This document shows positions 25,045 to 37,694 of a stretch of 64,000 nucleotides of DNA, piece by piece. The position numbers and the translations under genes were made by a program. This stretch comes from Setoptus koraiensis (Eukaryota; Animalia; Arthropoda), in the NCBI GenBank assembly GCA_048013815.1, contig CM106586.1, positions 17,670,001 through 17,734,000 on the forward strand, written 5' to 3'. The first letter of the stretch is position 1. The number at the start of each line of letters is the position of its first letter. A model generated the notes under the pieces. That model was not told the origin of the DNA, searched no databases, and saw nothing but the letters and a program-made list of their open reading frames with translations.

Positions 25045-26579
25045 CTGGATATAACGGTCGGCGGCGTTAGTGTTTCACGGACCGGCCAATGGCAAGATGC
25101 AGGTTGTGTTATATGTGGCATAATGGGGAGAGAAGAGAATTTGATTGAGAGATATCGAGTTGTTTGCGCGACATTGTGTGTCGCAAGTGGGATAATTGAT
25201 CGGGAGTAGATAATTGAGAGAAGGTTTGTGTCGTGTAATTATTATGAGATTATAAGAGATTATTGGATGATTGGCGAGTGATCAGTTGGTGGGAAGAAGA
25301 AAAGATGAGAGAGCAAATGATTAAGTAGGTGAGTTTATGAGTTGTGCTGTTGCAAATCAAGGGCAATCACAGTGCGGGGGTCACAGTCAGAATCTGGCAG
25401 GTTAACCGATCAGGTAATCAAGTTGGTCAGCAGCTGGTCGACACAGTTGGTCTTGCGTTCGCATAGTTTGCGTAACATTTACATTTTACAGTGACAATTT
25501 AGCGACTGACTGCCAATGGGCATCGCACCTCGTCGCCGCCCTAAACTCAAATGGTGGCATGCAGCAACAACGTGACTCGTGCATTAACAATTAATTAATT
25601 GCAATCAATTGTCCACTAATGACTCATTAGTACTGGTTGCTCACTGGCGAGCCAGCTAGCAGCCGACACGAGCTGACCGCACGGACAGACGCTACCGATG
25701 CACGCTACCATGAGAGTTTGGGGCATATGTTCTTGACTAACAAATATATTTTATAATCATGTCGTGGTGATTATAGTACAATTGTGCTCTTCAGTCTGTC
25801 AGTGTGTCCACGAAGACAGTTACAAAATTCTTCATTCCGGTCCTTGGCTCCGCCACAACGCATTCGATCCGGGTTTATTGGGCCACTAGTTGTTGCGACA
25901 CCTGTAAATATTAATAGGTGACGGATACAGTGATTAGAGTGGATTCGTGCATAATCATAGTGATAATTCACCGCACCAGAATAGGCAGAATTAATAGAAT
26001 AGAATAGAGCAATAGTGCGATTTCGTGATCAGCAAGTTGACCACAAAATCAAGCAGACCCAACAAAAGAAAACCTGACAAAAGAACCCGGCAGACAGGAT
26101 TTGTTTGTCGCGGTTTGTGCATATATTTAGCCAGCAAACAGTTGAAACAGAGGCCCTTCACTGGTCGTTCGGTCTCATTCCAGCTATCGACTGAATTCAA
26201 ATAGCAAAGTGTTTTGCAGACGATTCAATGGCTGGAAATGATGGAAGAATCACACAAACTTTTGCCTTCGACAGCAAACAATTAATAGACGACAATTAGA
26301 AAACGACTGCGACATGGAAGCGCTGACATATGATGCAAGCTAGCTTAACTATTTCTCTCTGACTATTTCAAGTTGAGACTCAAGCTCAGCCACAATGGAA
26401 CTTTGTTGCTTTGAGCAATCCTTCTCTCACTATAGTGTTAGCATAATCATTTGTGTATGAAAAAATGATGTTTGCATCGGCAGCGATAACCACTTATCTA
26501 CTTTAAAAGTTATGCCAAGTTTTTATTGGAGATTCGCTCGAGAGATAAGACACAGAAAAGAGAGGTTTGTCGCTACTAA

Positions 26580-26900
26580 TTAATACTGATGCTAAGAGCG
26601 TATATTTTCTGTCAATTATCAGCCAGAGACACTTTGTTGCGTCTCGATGAACAATTTGTAAGTGATGTTTTTAACGTAAGAAAGCAAAAGGTTTCGAAGG
26701 TAACGAATTGGATAAGGCTCGGTGAAAATGGTTGCGAATCGCATTCATATTGGTGCGTGCGCTGTGCCGCGCGCCAAGGCACAACAGACAGATTGTGCGC
26801 AATATGTGCGCGCCCTCGGGCATCCCCAACAACGTGCAAAACATGTGACGAGCACATGTTTTAAAAAATGTGCTCTTTGTGCAAACAAACGTAACGTTTT
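26580..26900 (+). mobile_element. Decayed piggyBac-like transposase C-terminus (remnant)
   Basis: LRAYIF...RDTLLRLDEQFV resembles the late helix of PGBD transposases and is followed by CAIC-x9-CKTCDEHM, like the piggyBac Cys-rich domain; stop/frameshift follows; no TTAA/TIR found. Confidence 0.4.
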
Positions 26901-29174
26901 TTATGAAAACTTGAAAAATATCCGGCCGGGCCCGGTATAATTGACAGAATCACGGCAAATGACATTACTATTATTAGTATTATTATTATTATGTAATTAT
27001 TTCCAAGTCTAGATGTGGCCGGACAACATGCGGACGCCGCCGGTCGCATCGACAAGCGACCGTCACATGGACGGAGTTGATTGACGCCAAGTTCACGCAT
27101 GCCAGCAGATGCTTGCGATCGCAATAACACTCAAACTATCACTATTAATACCGAAAGAGATCATCATGAAGTGGCTTCGTTGATTTACGCGAATTTACGA
27201 GGATTTTGTCATTATTTTGTGTGTTCTTGATTCCTCTATTACCATTTCACTGTCACCATTAGTTAGGCGCTATCGACAATAAACGAATTAACCATGTATC
27301 ATGATGATAACTTGTTTACTTATCGCGCGACACTCACGTTACGAGAAAGGAAAAGAGTGACTGCTACCTGTAGTTAAACACTGCTGCATCCCATATTATT
27401 TGCTTCTATCATATTATAATTGCTATATAACTGGTCTGTGGTTCAATAAATGCATGACTTGTGATGGCAGCATCATACTCACAAAATGTAACCTTTTTTC
27501 TCTGTCTTGGCTCGTTATCTGTTGTTGCTGCTCAGCGAGTTTGCTTGCTCAATGTTACACAAGAGTTAAATCGGCTATTACATAATCAGAGATGATGATG
27601 ATGTAAGGATGTCAGGATGTTGAGATGCCATCCGATGCCAATTCAAAGTGGTTGCCAATTCTAATGGTAGTTGGCAATTCTCATAGTAGGTACAGGTAAT
27701 GTGTGTGATTGCCACAGTAGTCACCTCTAGTGGCGTCAATACACACTGTAGCAACCGGTTGATAGTTTGCTGCAGTGTTGTCATTTGTTTCAGCCATGAA
27801 ATAATGACATCACACCAACCACATACTTATCGTGTTGGTGAAACACACCAGAAGTCAGGCAAACCTGACTTGACAATAACAGCTTGTTGGCTTCGCAGCA
27901 GGCTGTTTGTGTTGTGGCAACCCTAAAACTCTGAGACTTGTTACTTTTACCGCGCTGCTAGATGATGTAATACGATTCAAACATGTAAGTTGTAAGTTTA
28001 CTTTCGAAACAAACCACAGCAGCAAACTTATTTGAGCGGCGACATTATATCACATCGCATCTCATATATCACCTGCGCAACTCATGGCGCTGGACATTGC
28101 ACCGACCCTTGGTCAGCAGAAATGGAACGGTCATCTGTTTCATTCCTCTCGACTGATATATCAAATGGTACACCGAGTGATAATATAACTGCGGCTCTGC
28201 GGGTAGCCGTATCATTATGGCGTGACATTCAACCGTTGAGGATTTGAGGGACACACACGGCTCTCTCAAAGGTCGCATCTCTCTCTCTCTCTCTCTCTCA
28301 CGGCTGACCCCAGTCATGTTGTACGTCACCATCTCATGAATAGCCGGTGTAGCTGTGCAAATTTTCAGCTAATTGCACTAATACGTTAATCTAATTAGTC
28401 GGTCGGCCAATGGATACTGTCATCCAAATGATAATGATGCAGGCCGAAAATTCAAAGTCAGGCGAGTTGCGCTAAACCTAATGAGAGCCGGCCGGGGTTC
28501 ACTCTTTGCTTTTGGCTTGTCTGATTTCTGGCCTTCTATTATTTCATGGCAAGCTAGAATAATTGCTCCGGTGTTGGTTGGAAGCCGGTGGCATCGCTCA
28601 TCGGAATCGCTGATCAAAACGAAACGACAGATCCGCCACCTGCATGACAGCAGAGTAAATACTCAGGTGAGACGCCCAACACCTACACCAATTCAGAATG
28701 GGCTCGACACCGGCAAATTTAGTGCAATGTTCATAGGGCACCAATTGGTATTGACTGGATAATTGGTTTGAACAACAATCAATCCAGAACCACTGTTTGC
28801 TATTGTCTAGCAACTGTTGTTTTGTTTTGCTCGTTGGTTGATTTGATTACGGCAAGCTGGTTGCCGGTGAATCAAGGCCGCAGAAAAACAGCACCAACAG
28901 TATCCGCATGTTTGTTGATACAATCTTTTCATATCAATCTTGCTCCAATGTCAATGTCGGTCAATTTTTTAAGGGTGCCGAATTTTTATTTCTATTATGC
29001 TCCACGCTCACACACTGACTTTTTGACTCATTGGTTGATGAGAGCGCGCGTAATTTTATCTCGGCTAGGAGATACAAGAAATAAATATTCACAAGTAGAT
29101 ATTCAAACAAAATCACGCTAATATCTAAGCTATATAATAATATTGTTTTAAGTAACATATCGCCGATATGCATC

Positions 29175-29217
29175 ATTATTGGGGCCGTATTTGAGCTTGA
29201 CATACGGCCCCAATAAT
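29175..29217. repeat. Perfect 16-bp inverted repeat with 11-nt loop
   Basis: ATTATTGGGGCCGTAT (29175-29190) / ATACGGCCCCAATAAT (29202-29217). Confidence 0.95.
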
Positions 29218-30381
29218 TGAGACGCCAAATTGGATGGTAGCAAGTAAATATGAACTGTTCTTTCAACAGGGAAGTCTCGAAAAAGAATTGCAATCAAGAA
29301 TTGTGAGGTGACCAGTGAAGCTGTTGCCCGTTAACATGGGTTGCATATCGTGCCACTCCAGCTGACCCCATCTCGTGCTGTATGTCTCGACAACAATTGA
29401 CTTGTAGTTGACCGGTCAGTTGTTTATCTGCACACGATGCAGTTGTCGTGGCTGGACAATTCATCTTCACAAAAAGGAATACCATGTGATATACTTAATG
29501 AGCAATTTTAAGCTTGGGAAACGATGGACCTGTCACACAGAACCACAAGCTGAGATATTCATGAGTGAATATCTGAATTGTGCCGCAACTCTTTTGCTCC
29601 GACAACTCGTCTCATTTTGCTTTTTGTGTATTTGTAAATGTGTGTTGGTTGCCAAGATAAGATGTGACTTTAGTAAACATTCACAACACACTTAATGCTA
29701 CGTGGGACCATCGAAACAGTTTTGTTGTGATTCATACTCACCGCATCCTCGCATGTTGCTGGTGTCATGTTGTTGGTTGTTCGGAAATTGTCGGTTTTAT
29801 TCACTGCTGGCGATCGTCGGTTTTATTCTTTTCACCGGTTTGCTTGTTGTCGAGGATATCAACACTAGTCGTGTAAGTAACTACGAGTGTTGTTGTTGTG
29901 CGGCCGACACCGATTGGCCGATTTGTGGATAATATCGGATTTAGCGGCGATTCTGGACGATGATCTGGAAACTTTGATGCGGTCATTGTTGCTGCTTGTC
30001 TGTTCCGTCGAGGCAAGTGCGCCATTAAAAATATATATTAAATAAAGTGCCAAAATGTTGTGATGCAAGCAGCAAGTTTGGTGCCAATATTCACGCCAAT
30101 CTTGCACAATTGTTAATGGTTGTCTCACTTATTATCCGTTCCTCTCAAACCAGCTGAATTGTGACTTGCGTGTTTGTTATGGCTGGCGAGTCTGTGCAAA
30201 ACAGCGACACAAACAATCTCATTGACACATTTTTTCATATTGTGCGGCATTTTCAACTCAAGTTCATTGATACCTCGCACAACATGGCCCCGCTGGCATC
30301 ATTGAGTGAGCGTTGCCATTACGTAATGACGATAGATGCACGCACGGTCTGCGAAGCGCCCCCGCAATGGCAGTGTGGTAT

Positions 30382-30413
<32 letters not shown>

Positions 30414-30682
30414 TTGTATGAGCGCATACACACTGAGAGTGTCAGCGAAATAGAGCACGTTGAACTGTCATTTGCATCAGTGAGAGGGGCCCGCGCCAAT
30501 GCCGTACAGTGGCGTATATTGTTGGCGCTTTTGCAAATCACCGTGGCACTTGAACAATCACAACAGTATATTAGCGATATGTGGACGATATATTAGCAAC
30601 ATATCAACGACATATTGACAACAATCTAGTCGCAGTGCATTCATCGAGGCCCATGACAAGATGACATAGGAAACAAGCCAAA

Positions 30683-32374
30683 ATGAGAGGCCTGGGCCCG
30701 AGAACGACAAATCAGCTGTACACGGCGCTGATATTAACCGTCGGCGTGTGCACGGTGCAAGTGCTGATATTTCAATATGTGGTCAACGTTGGCTTGCTGA
30801 ATCTCGACGACACCATCAGCAACAAGGCTATGCAAATGACTGGCGCCCACAACCGGCATGCCACACGCCAATATGCCCGGCAGTTGTTTTACATCACCAA
30901 CACACTCAACACCGTCTACTCGTTGGCGCACAATCTCAGCATGGATCTGGTGGTGATCGATGCCGATATAAACGAGATTATAGCGCACCAGAGGTCGTTT
31001 ATGAACGACCAACAAGCCGATGGAATGTTGCTGGCGAGCGCGATGCCAAAAAAGAAGCGGCTCGTTCACTTGGCCGTCATCAATGACACTAGCGGTGGAC
31101 AGCCCAACATAAAATTGTTCCATGATTCATTGCGTAAGCTCAATTTTGAAATAATTAAATTCGACAAATATGACAACATTTTGCCCGAGGTTTACATGAG
31201 CTTCCCAAAGCGACCCACGCATAGCGACGAAGACGACGATGGTGCGACAGGAAGCGACGACGAGCACCTGTTTGCTGACCAGTACCGGCATCAACGTCCG
31301 CCACAAGATTTGTACAAACCAGAGGACAATACAAATTCGGCCAACAATAACAACAACGCCAATCAGCATTGCGTGCCAAAGTTATTCACGGACTTTACAA
31401 CGCATATATTCATACTAAACAACACTGTTGTGGTGCAACAAATAGTCATACATATCATGGTGCTGTATAACTTTCAGCTGACTCCCTCAACCCATTGGAT
31501 ACAATCCGGCCTGGACATCGATGAAGTGACCCACCACAAACTGTTGAGTTACAATTTGCGCTCCAACGATTTCAAACTAACACTCAATAATAACTATCTA
31601 TATGAGAAATATCCCGTCGTCACGGCTGCACTGGGCCACATCAATGTTTCCATTTTTGATAACCAAGGTTGGATGCATTTTCGTGAACAAAAAAACAGAT
31701 TCAAGTATTGCAACAAGGCCAATTATAATATTGTTGGCACATACATAACAAACAACAAAAGGCCATTGAATTTCGCCCTGGACAAACTCGAACAACTAAA
31801 CTCATTGACTCCCATACATGACTCTGACAGCTTGACCGCCATCAACGAGGCATTCCAATTCATGGAGGTGTTCTCTAGCGCTTACAACAATTTCACTTAC
31901 TGGTTAACCGGACAATCGTTGCTCGGATACTACAAGTACTGTGAATTGGTATCGCTAAATATAACAGCAGGTGATAGTTGGTACTATCTGCTACAATTTG
32001 GTGTGTCCAGTGATGAATTTACTGTTGAAATGAGACAAGATTTGGCCAATATCGAACACTTAGGTGTCAAAATGTTAACCAATTGGAAAAAGAACACAAG
32101 CTCCATTGATCTTATATTATCTGATAATAACAATCTAGTTATACAATTATATTTGCACAAAGCAAAAACTCAAAATTTGCCACAATCCGTGACAATTTTG
32201 GATAATCTCAACCTTGGCCGCCGGTTGAGATCAAGTGAGAAGTCCACGATGATGTTCAAGTTTGACCCGTTGTCCATGCAAATGTGCTGGACCATTCTCA
32301 AACAAACACGCCAAATAAGAGTGCCTTGCGACACAGCCAGACATTTAGATTTTATATTTGACAACAATAAATAG
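30683..32374 (+). CDS. FKTN: Fukutin-like type II membrane protein (LicD nucleotidyltransferase fold), intronless, catalytic motif degenerate
   Basis: N-terminal TM; IVIHIMVLY...HWIQSG resembles fukutin IHLVVFH...LWHG; YWLTGQSLLGYYKYC resembles FWLSSGTCLGWYRQC; C-terminal MCWTILKQTRQIRVPCDT resembles LCWTEF..MKVHVPCET. Confidence 0.72.
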   Translation: MRGLGPRTTNQLYTALILTVGVCTVQVLIFQYVVNVGLLNLDDTISNKAMQMTGAHNRHATRQYARQLFYITNTLNTVYSLAHNLSMDLVVIDADINEIIAHQRSFMNDQQADGMLLASAMPKKKRLVHLAVINDTSGGQPNIKLFHDSLRKLNFEIIKFDKYDNILPEVYMSFPKRPTHSDEDDDGATGSDDEHLFADQYRHQRPPQDLYKPEDNTNSANNNNNANQHCVPKLFTDFTTHIFILNNTVVVQQIVIHIMVLYNFQLTPSTHWIQSGLDIDEVTHHKLLSYNLRSNDFKLTLNNNYLYEKYPVVTAALGHINVSIFDNQGWMHFREQKNRFKYCNKANYNIVGTYITNNKRPLNFALDKLEQLNSLTPIHDSDSLTAINEAFQFMEVFSSAYNNFTYWLTGQSLLGYYKYCELVSLNITAGDSWYYLLQFGVSSDEFTVEMRQDLANIEHLGVKMLTNWKKNTSSIDLILSDNNNLVIQLYLHKAKTQNLPQSVTILDNLNLGRRLRSSEKSTMMFKFDPLSMQMCWTILKQTRQIRVPCDTARHLDFIFDNNK

Positions 32375-33218
32375 TCTATCGAGCGTCTGTCATGAGACGT
32401 TATCATTATTGATATTGCGCCATTATTTAATTATTACTACTCGCCGCATCTGGCGACTTTAGCTCGTCGCCAGATTCGCATTCAATAAAAAATCTACTTG
32501 TGACAGTGTAGATTACATACTAAAAAACTTTTTCGACTCATTCACTAAACGCGGAAAAAATGTACCAATCGAAAAGCGGCCAGATTTGCTTGAGATTCGA
32601 CACGATTTTTGGGGCCTACACCGATGTAACTAATGATTTCATTGGGCCCCAATGAGCGGTACGAATTGCCCGATGTCGATCGCAAAGTTACCCTTAGGTA
32701 TGGCGCGACTACCGGGCACTGTGAATTGTTACAGCTGTTTTGGCGCATTTGTGTTTAGCAAAACGTGCAGAACATGTGACAAGCAAAAATAATCTGTTTT
32801 CTTTTCACCTCTATTTCACAATGTTACAACTGTGAAACAATGTCGCTAACAAAGCAAAGTCATCCCCGTTTACTTGAGCTAATCTGCGTTTGAGTTTTCG
32901 AAGGAGCCAAGCCAATTATTTATCATTACTCTCACAATTGACTGGAGATTAAAATGAAAACAACAATGGCATAGAAATATACACTCAGTTGAGCGAATAA
33001 AATAGCAAACCAATAATATCATCGGCCCACGACATCGATCACACAACGTCCAACTAATTGGAGCCTCTCGAGAAGGAGTTGGAATAACCAATAGAAACAG
33101 GCAGCAATTGTAGCACGAGAAAATTGTCACATTAACAAGGCGAGACATACGCTCGTACCAGGTCAATATCAAAAGTTATTGTGGTTGTTTACGCGAACAG
33201 AGAATATTATTGGTGAAT

Positions 33219-34783
33219 ATGCCTAAATCTTTGCACGTTCTTGTCGGTGGTGGAACAGGTTTCGTCGGTCGTCATTTGGTGCAATGTTTCAAGTCGAGCG
33301 GAGCCAAAGTTAAAATCATCACAAGGAATCCAAAAGACAAAAGGCCGGATCAAATCTCTTGGGTGAGTTCATGCTTTGTCGGCTTCACCTACAATGGAAT
33401 CCATTTAAGATTCTCTCAACTCTCCAGCCGTCAGTGATTCTGATAGGTATTGTCAGACTAAATTCGTCAAGCAATGTAGTCAAGGAACACATCGATGGTA
33501 TTCATTATTGCGAGAGAAATCCTCCGAGAAGAGCACTCCAAAAAACAGATGATTTGTTCGACACTGCACATCTGAGCATCTTCTGAGTCGTCGACACTAA
33601 TTCATTCATTATTTCTACATTCTGACCCAATTTCTATCTTATTCTATCCTCAACCGGTCTCCTTGTGAATCTACATACTTTCAAACTTTCATTGTCTTGC
33701 GCCATATAATTGCGTTCATGTCAAAGTCTCAAATCAAGTCGGATGGTATACCCAAAGGAACGCAAGCAGTTGTCAACCTTGCAGGCGTCAACATTCTCGA
33801 CCCTTTGAAAAGATGGAACGATGCCTTTATAAAAGAGGTTCATGATAGTGAGCATCCGTTTAATTTTTATCATATATTTTCTGTGAATTATGAGAGCAAT
33901 TTCTTCGGTAGATCAATGTGTAACTTGTTGTTATCTCTACACCATTATTACTAATCCGCAATCACATTCAACACTTTATCACACTCTCAACACTTGATCG
34001 ACGAAAAGGTCGAATTGAAACCAACAAATTACTAGTGAGAGCCATAGATTCTGCCCAAACTGATGTCAACAAACCTAAGTGCTTCGTTACTATTTCCGGC
34101 GTTGGTTACTACAGGCCAAGTGTTAGCGAGGAATACGATGAACAATCTATATCCACTGTCAGAGGTGATAGAAGTCATCCGAGTGATTATTTGATCAAAC
34201 TAGCTCAAGATTGGGAAGATTCTAGCAAGTTGTCGGATGAGTCGCACCTGACCCGCAGAGTTGTGATACGATCGGGCGTCGTTCTTGGTAAGGATGGTGG
34301 AATAATTGAAAGATTACGTCTTCCATTCAGTCTATTTTTGGGCGGCCCCATAGGTAGGTCTCATTGCGATAAACCTACGCAATACTTGACTGTACTATTT
34401 TTAGTTTGACTCCTCTAATTCTTGTTCTCTATTACATTGACTCAACTTTAACAGGCTCGGGAAGACAGTGGTTCCCTTGGATTCATGTAGATGATTTGGT
34501 CAACATGTTTAAATTTTCCATCGAGAACAACCACGTTGAAGGAGTTATAAATGGTGTGGCTCCTCAGCAGATAAACAATTTGCAATTCTCAACGGCATTA
34601 GCTAGAGCCATGAACAGGCCGTCCTTTTTGCCTCTGCCTGAATTTGTTGTTCAAACCTTATTCGGACAGGAACGAGCAGTTATGATGCTTGAAGGTGCAA
34701 AGGTTAAGACCCGTGCTGGACTATTGGGCTTTAGATACAAGTATGCCAACATAGACGAAGCAGTAAAGCAGTGCGTTCAATAG
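33219..34783 (+). CDS. SDR39U1: Epimerase family protein SDR39U1; exons 33219-33362, 33727-33847, 34009-34353, 34455-34783
   Basis: VLVGGGTGFVG Rossmann motif, AVVNLAG.NILDPLKRWN, RRVVIRSGVVLGKDGG and GSGRQWFPWIHVDDL; all three GT-AG introns keep frame (alternative in-frame acceptor at 33739 possible). Confidence 0.93.
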
Positions 34784-35311
34784 TGAACTACGCCAGAAGT
34801 CAAATATTCATATATATTGAACATATATTTAAATAGACCTGAAGTTAGACAGTTTGTTAACAGCTTTTAAAAAGGATTTGTCACCGAATTGACTTTCAAT
34901 TTATGCCGTTCTGTGCCAGTACAGTCATTATTGTATAGTTTTTGACTACTAATACTACAACAGATCTACTACAGGAAATAAGCTATAACAATTCAAACAG
35001 AGCATTGCTATAAGAAGGATCATGCGGAAACTTGTGTTAGTTATAGAGATAGATCACAGTGAACGACATATCATGCAAAGTTTGACTCAAGTTGAAAACC
35101 AAGCACATGCACCAATGCTCCATGGTCAGTGAACCATTGTAAACAGTTAGCTTAGCACACACCTGTATCACTCCTCAATGTTACTAATATATTTGTCATT
35201 ATTAGTCTCATTTATGTTGCAAACGTATGCTGTTATTATAATTATCAGCTAATAATAGAAGGAACAATTGTCCTAGTGAACGTTCAAATTAAAGAATTTA
35301 CTGTGTAGCGC

Positions 35312-35659
35312 TCATACGACAACATTTAACATGTTGCATACAGCGGTTATCAAGGTCAAGAGAAAACTAATCATATCCGAGATCGTTTTTTCTGTCTTGG
35401 TTCGTTGCAATTGCTTGGAACAAATTGCATCGTGTTGACATTTTCGAGGGAGTGATATGTTGATACGTGCCCTGGAAAATGTTTTGTTTTCTATAAGTGC
35501 CAAGTCATCATTGAGGTGGTCGGACTTGACTTTCAGTTTGTTTTCAGTTCTTGAACCGACGAAGAGACTTGCAGAAGACTGTAAAAGAGATAACAGCACC
35601 AACAATATAAACGACACAAGCGATCTTCGTAGCGAGTTGTCAATCCATTCAGCATTCAC
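35312..35659 (-). other. 115-codon ORF head-to-head with CYP4, signal-peptide-like segment but no ATG start
   Basis: Starts at GTG with an in-frame TAG just upstream; SLVSFILLVLLSLLQSSA hydrophobic stretch; interrupted by TAA in the duplicated copy near 42668. Confidence 0.25.
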
Positions 35660-35710
35660 CTCAAAAAGTTTAAAGATCTACGTTCGTAACCTCCCCACGA
35701 TCTAATAAAC

Positions 35711-37694
35711 ATGATAGCATTGTTTGTCGATTGGGCAACCTCAAGCTTGCTGAGGTTTCTCATTGTGACCCTAGCCACCGGATTCATCATTCAACATGTT
35801 TTAAAAAGGGCAAGAAAGTATCAAGAGTTCCGTGAGCGAATCAACAAGTTGCCAGGTCCGCCAGCCGTAAATCCGATGATTGGTAACATTCCCAGCAAGG
35901 TGTTGGGCATGATGCATTCGTGTAGCCGAAGAGAAGCGAGTGACTTTTATACAAGCCAAATCCAATCTGTCTTGGGTCATACTATTATCTACAAAGATGA
36001 ACCATTGTACCGATTGTGGGTGGGTAATCAGCCTGTTATTTGTGTTTGGAAACCCGAGGCAGTTGAACAAATATTAAGTGATAATTTTCTTTTAGAGAAA
36101 TCCTATCACTATGACTTTTTACGACCGTGGTTAGGCGATGGTCTATTAACTAGTCCTGGCAGAATATGGCGACCAAGAAGAAAATTGTTAGTGCCATCAT
36201 TTCATTTCCACATACTCCAAGACTTTGTGCCCATATTTGATCGTAAATCAAGATTACTGGTCACGAGATTGAACAATATGATAGCAGATTTAAACCGAGC
36301 CTCATCTCTTGCGGAAGGAGTCGAACAAACTGAAAAAACAACATCCGTCGTCACAGACATCACCCCAGTAATAACTGCTTGTGCTCTTGATGCCATTTGT
36401 GGTAAGTTGCTGGTCTGTAATAAGAATCGGGACAATTGAGTTACCATATCAATTCTAATTTATATCCTTTTCTAACTCATATCACCTGTGATAATTGATT
36501 CTTATCTATAGAAACCATCATGGGTGTGTCGATAGACGCCCAGAACAACCCAAAGAATGAATATTGTCAATCCGTTTACATGTAAGTTAATCACTTTACA
36601 TTGTGATCAGCAGGTATAACCAATGATCAAGTATCATTAACCGTCGCTTTCTCACCCAAATCACACAAAAATTTCAATTGATGAATGTATTTAGTGTTGG
36701 TGAGACTTTCTTGGAGAGGATCATACAGCCGCGATATTGGTTGGATCCAATCTTCAAACTCACTGATTTAGGTAGACTATATGAGCATCATTTGGGAAAA
36801 CTGCATCGTTTCACTAGAAAAGTCATTTCAGATAGGAAGCTTGAGCGCCAGAAACAATCTGAAGATTCCTTTCGTGAACAAGACACCAGCCCGTCCGGTA
36901 ATGAATCAACCGAGAAAGATCACTCAATCGGTACAACCTTACGGCCTCTTCCTACAACAATTGATAGCAACGAAAGAAAACAACCAAAAGCTTTCTTGGA
37001 TTTGTTGTTGGATAAATTAAACTCATCGGGCGGTCAAACACTAACGGACGAAGAGATAAGAGAGGAGGTTGATACCTTCATGTTTGAGGGGCACGACACA
37101 ACAGCCATGGCTCTTTCATGGGCGATTTTTCTCTTGGGACACCATCAGGACATTCAAAAACGCCTACAAGAGGAAGTAGATCAATACTTTGACAACAATT
37201 CTACAGCCTCTGGCAAAGATGAAGAAGTTCAATTGGACGAGATAAAAAAGCTCAAATATTTAGATTGTGTTGTGAAAGAGGCCCTTCGTCTTTGTCCCTC
37301 TGTACCGTTTATTGGCAGACAAACAACAAAAGACATGGAAATACAAGGTTATGATGTACCTGCTGGAAGTGTTATCTTTGTGCTCATCTACCAATTGCAT
37401 CGGAATAGGGAGATATTTCCCGAACCAGAACGCTTCAATCCAGATAGATTTTTGGATGTCCATACAAATAGACGTCACCCGTTTGCTTACGTGCCCTTCT
37501 CAGCAGGCCCTCGCAATTGCATTGGACAAAAGTTTGCCAAGGCAGAAATGAAGACAATCCTACTACATTTGATGCGCAATTTCAGATTTGAATCGGTAAC
37601 TGATTTAGATAAAGCCAAAGTACAAATGGAGATGGTGCTAAGACCGAAGAACGCTTTAGAAGTGAGAGTGTCATTGAGAGAGAAGACATTCTAG
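35711..37694 (+). CDS. CYP4: Cytochrome P450, CYP4 clan (~586 aa); exons 35711-36401, 36512-36581, 36695-37694
   Basis: N-terminal anchor + LPGPP hinge, EEVDTFMFEGHDTTA (CYP4 I-helix), KEALRL, PERF, FSAGPRNCIG heme ligand; GTAAG...AG introns in phases 1 and 2 join in frame. Confidence 0.95.

Noticed and set aside
25771-25913. Strong minus-strand acceptor (ttaatatttacAG) followed by a 43-codon Cys-containing frame, considered as a Dscam upstream or nested-gene exon
   Set aside because: Not Ig-like, ends in a stop, and the nearest upstream donor has an in-frame stop before it.
33363-33726. ORF-like sequence inside SDR39U1 intron 1
   Set aside because: Exons 1 and 2 already join to give the complete expected protein; the insert has no recognisable similarity.
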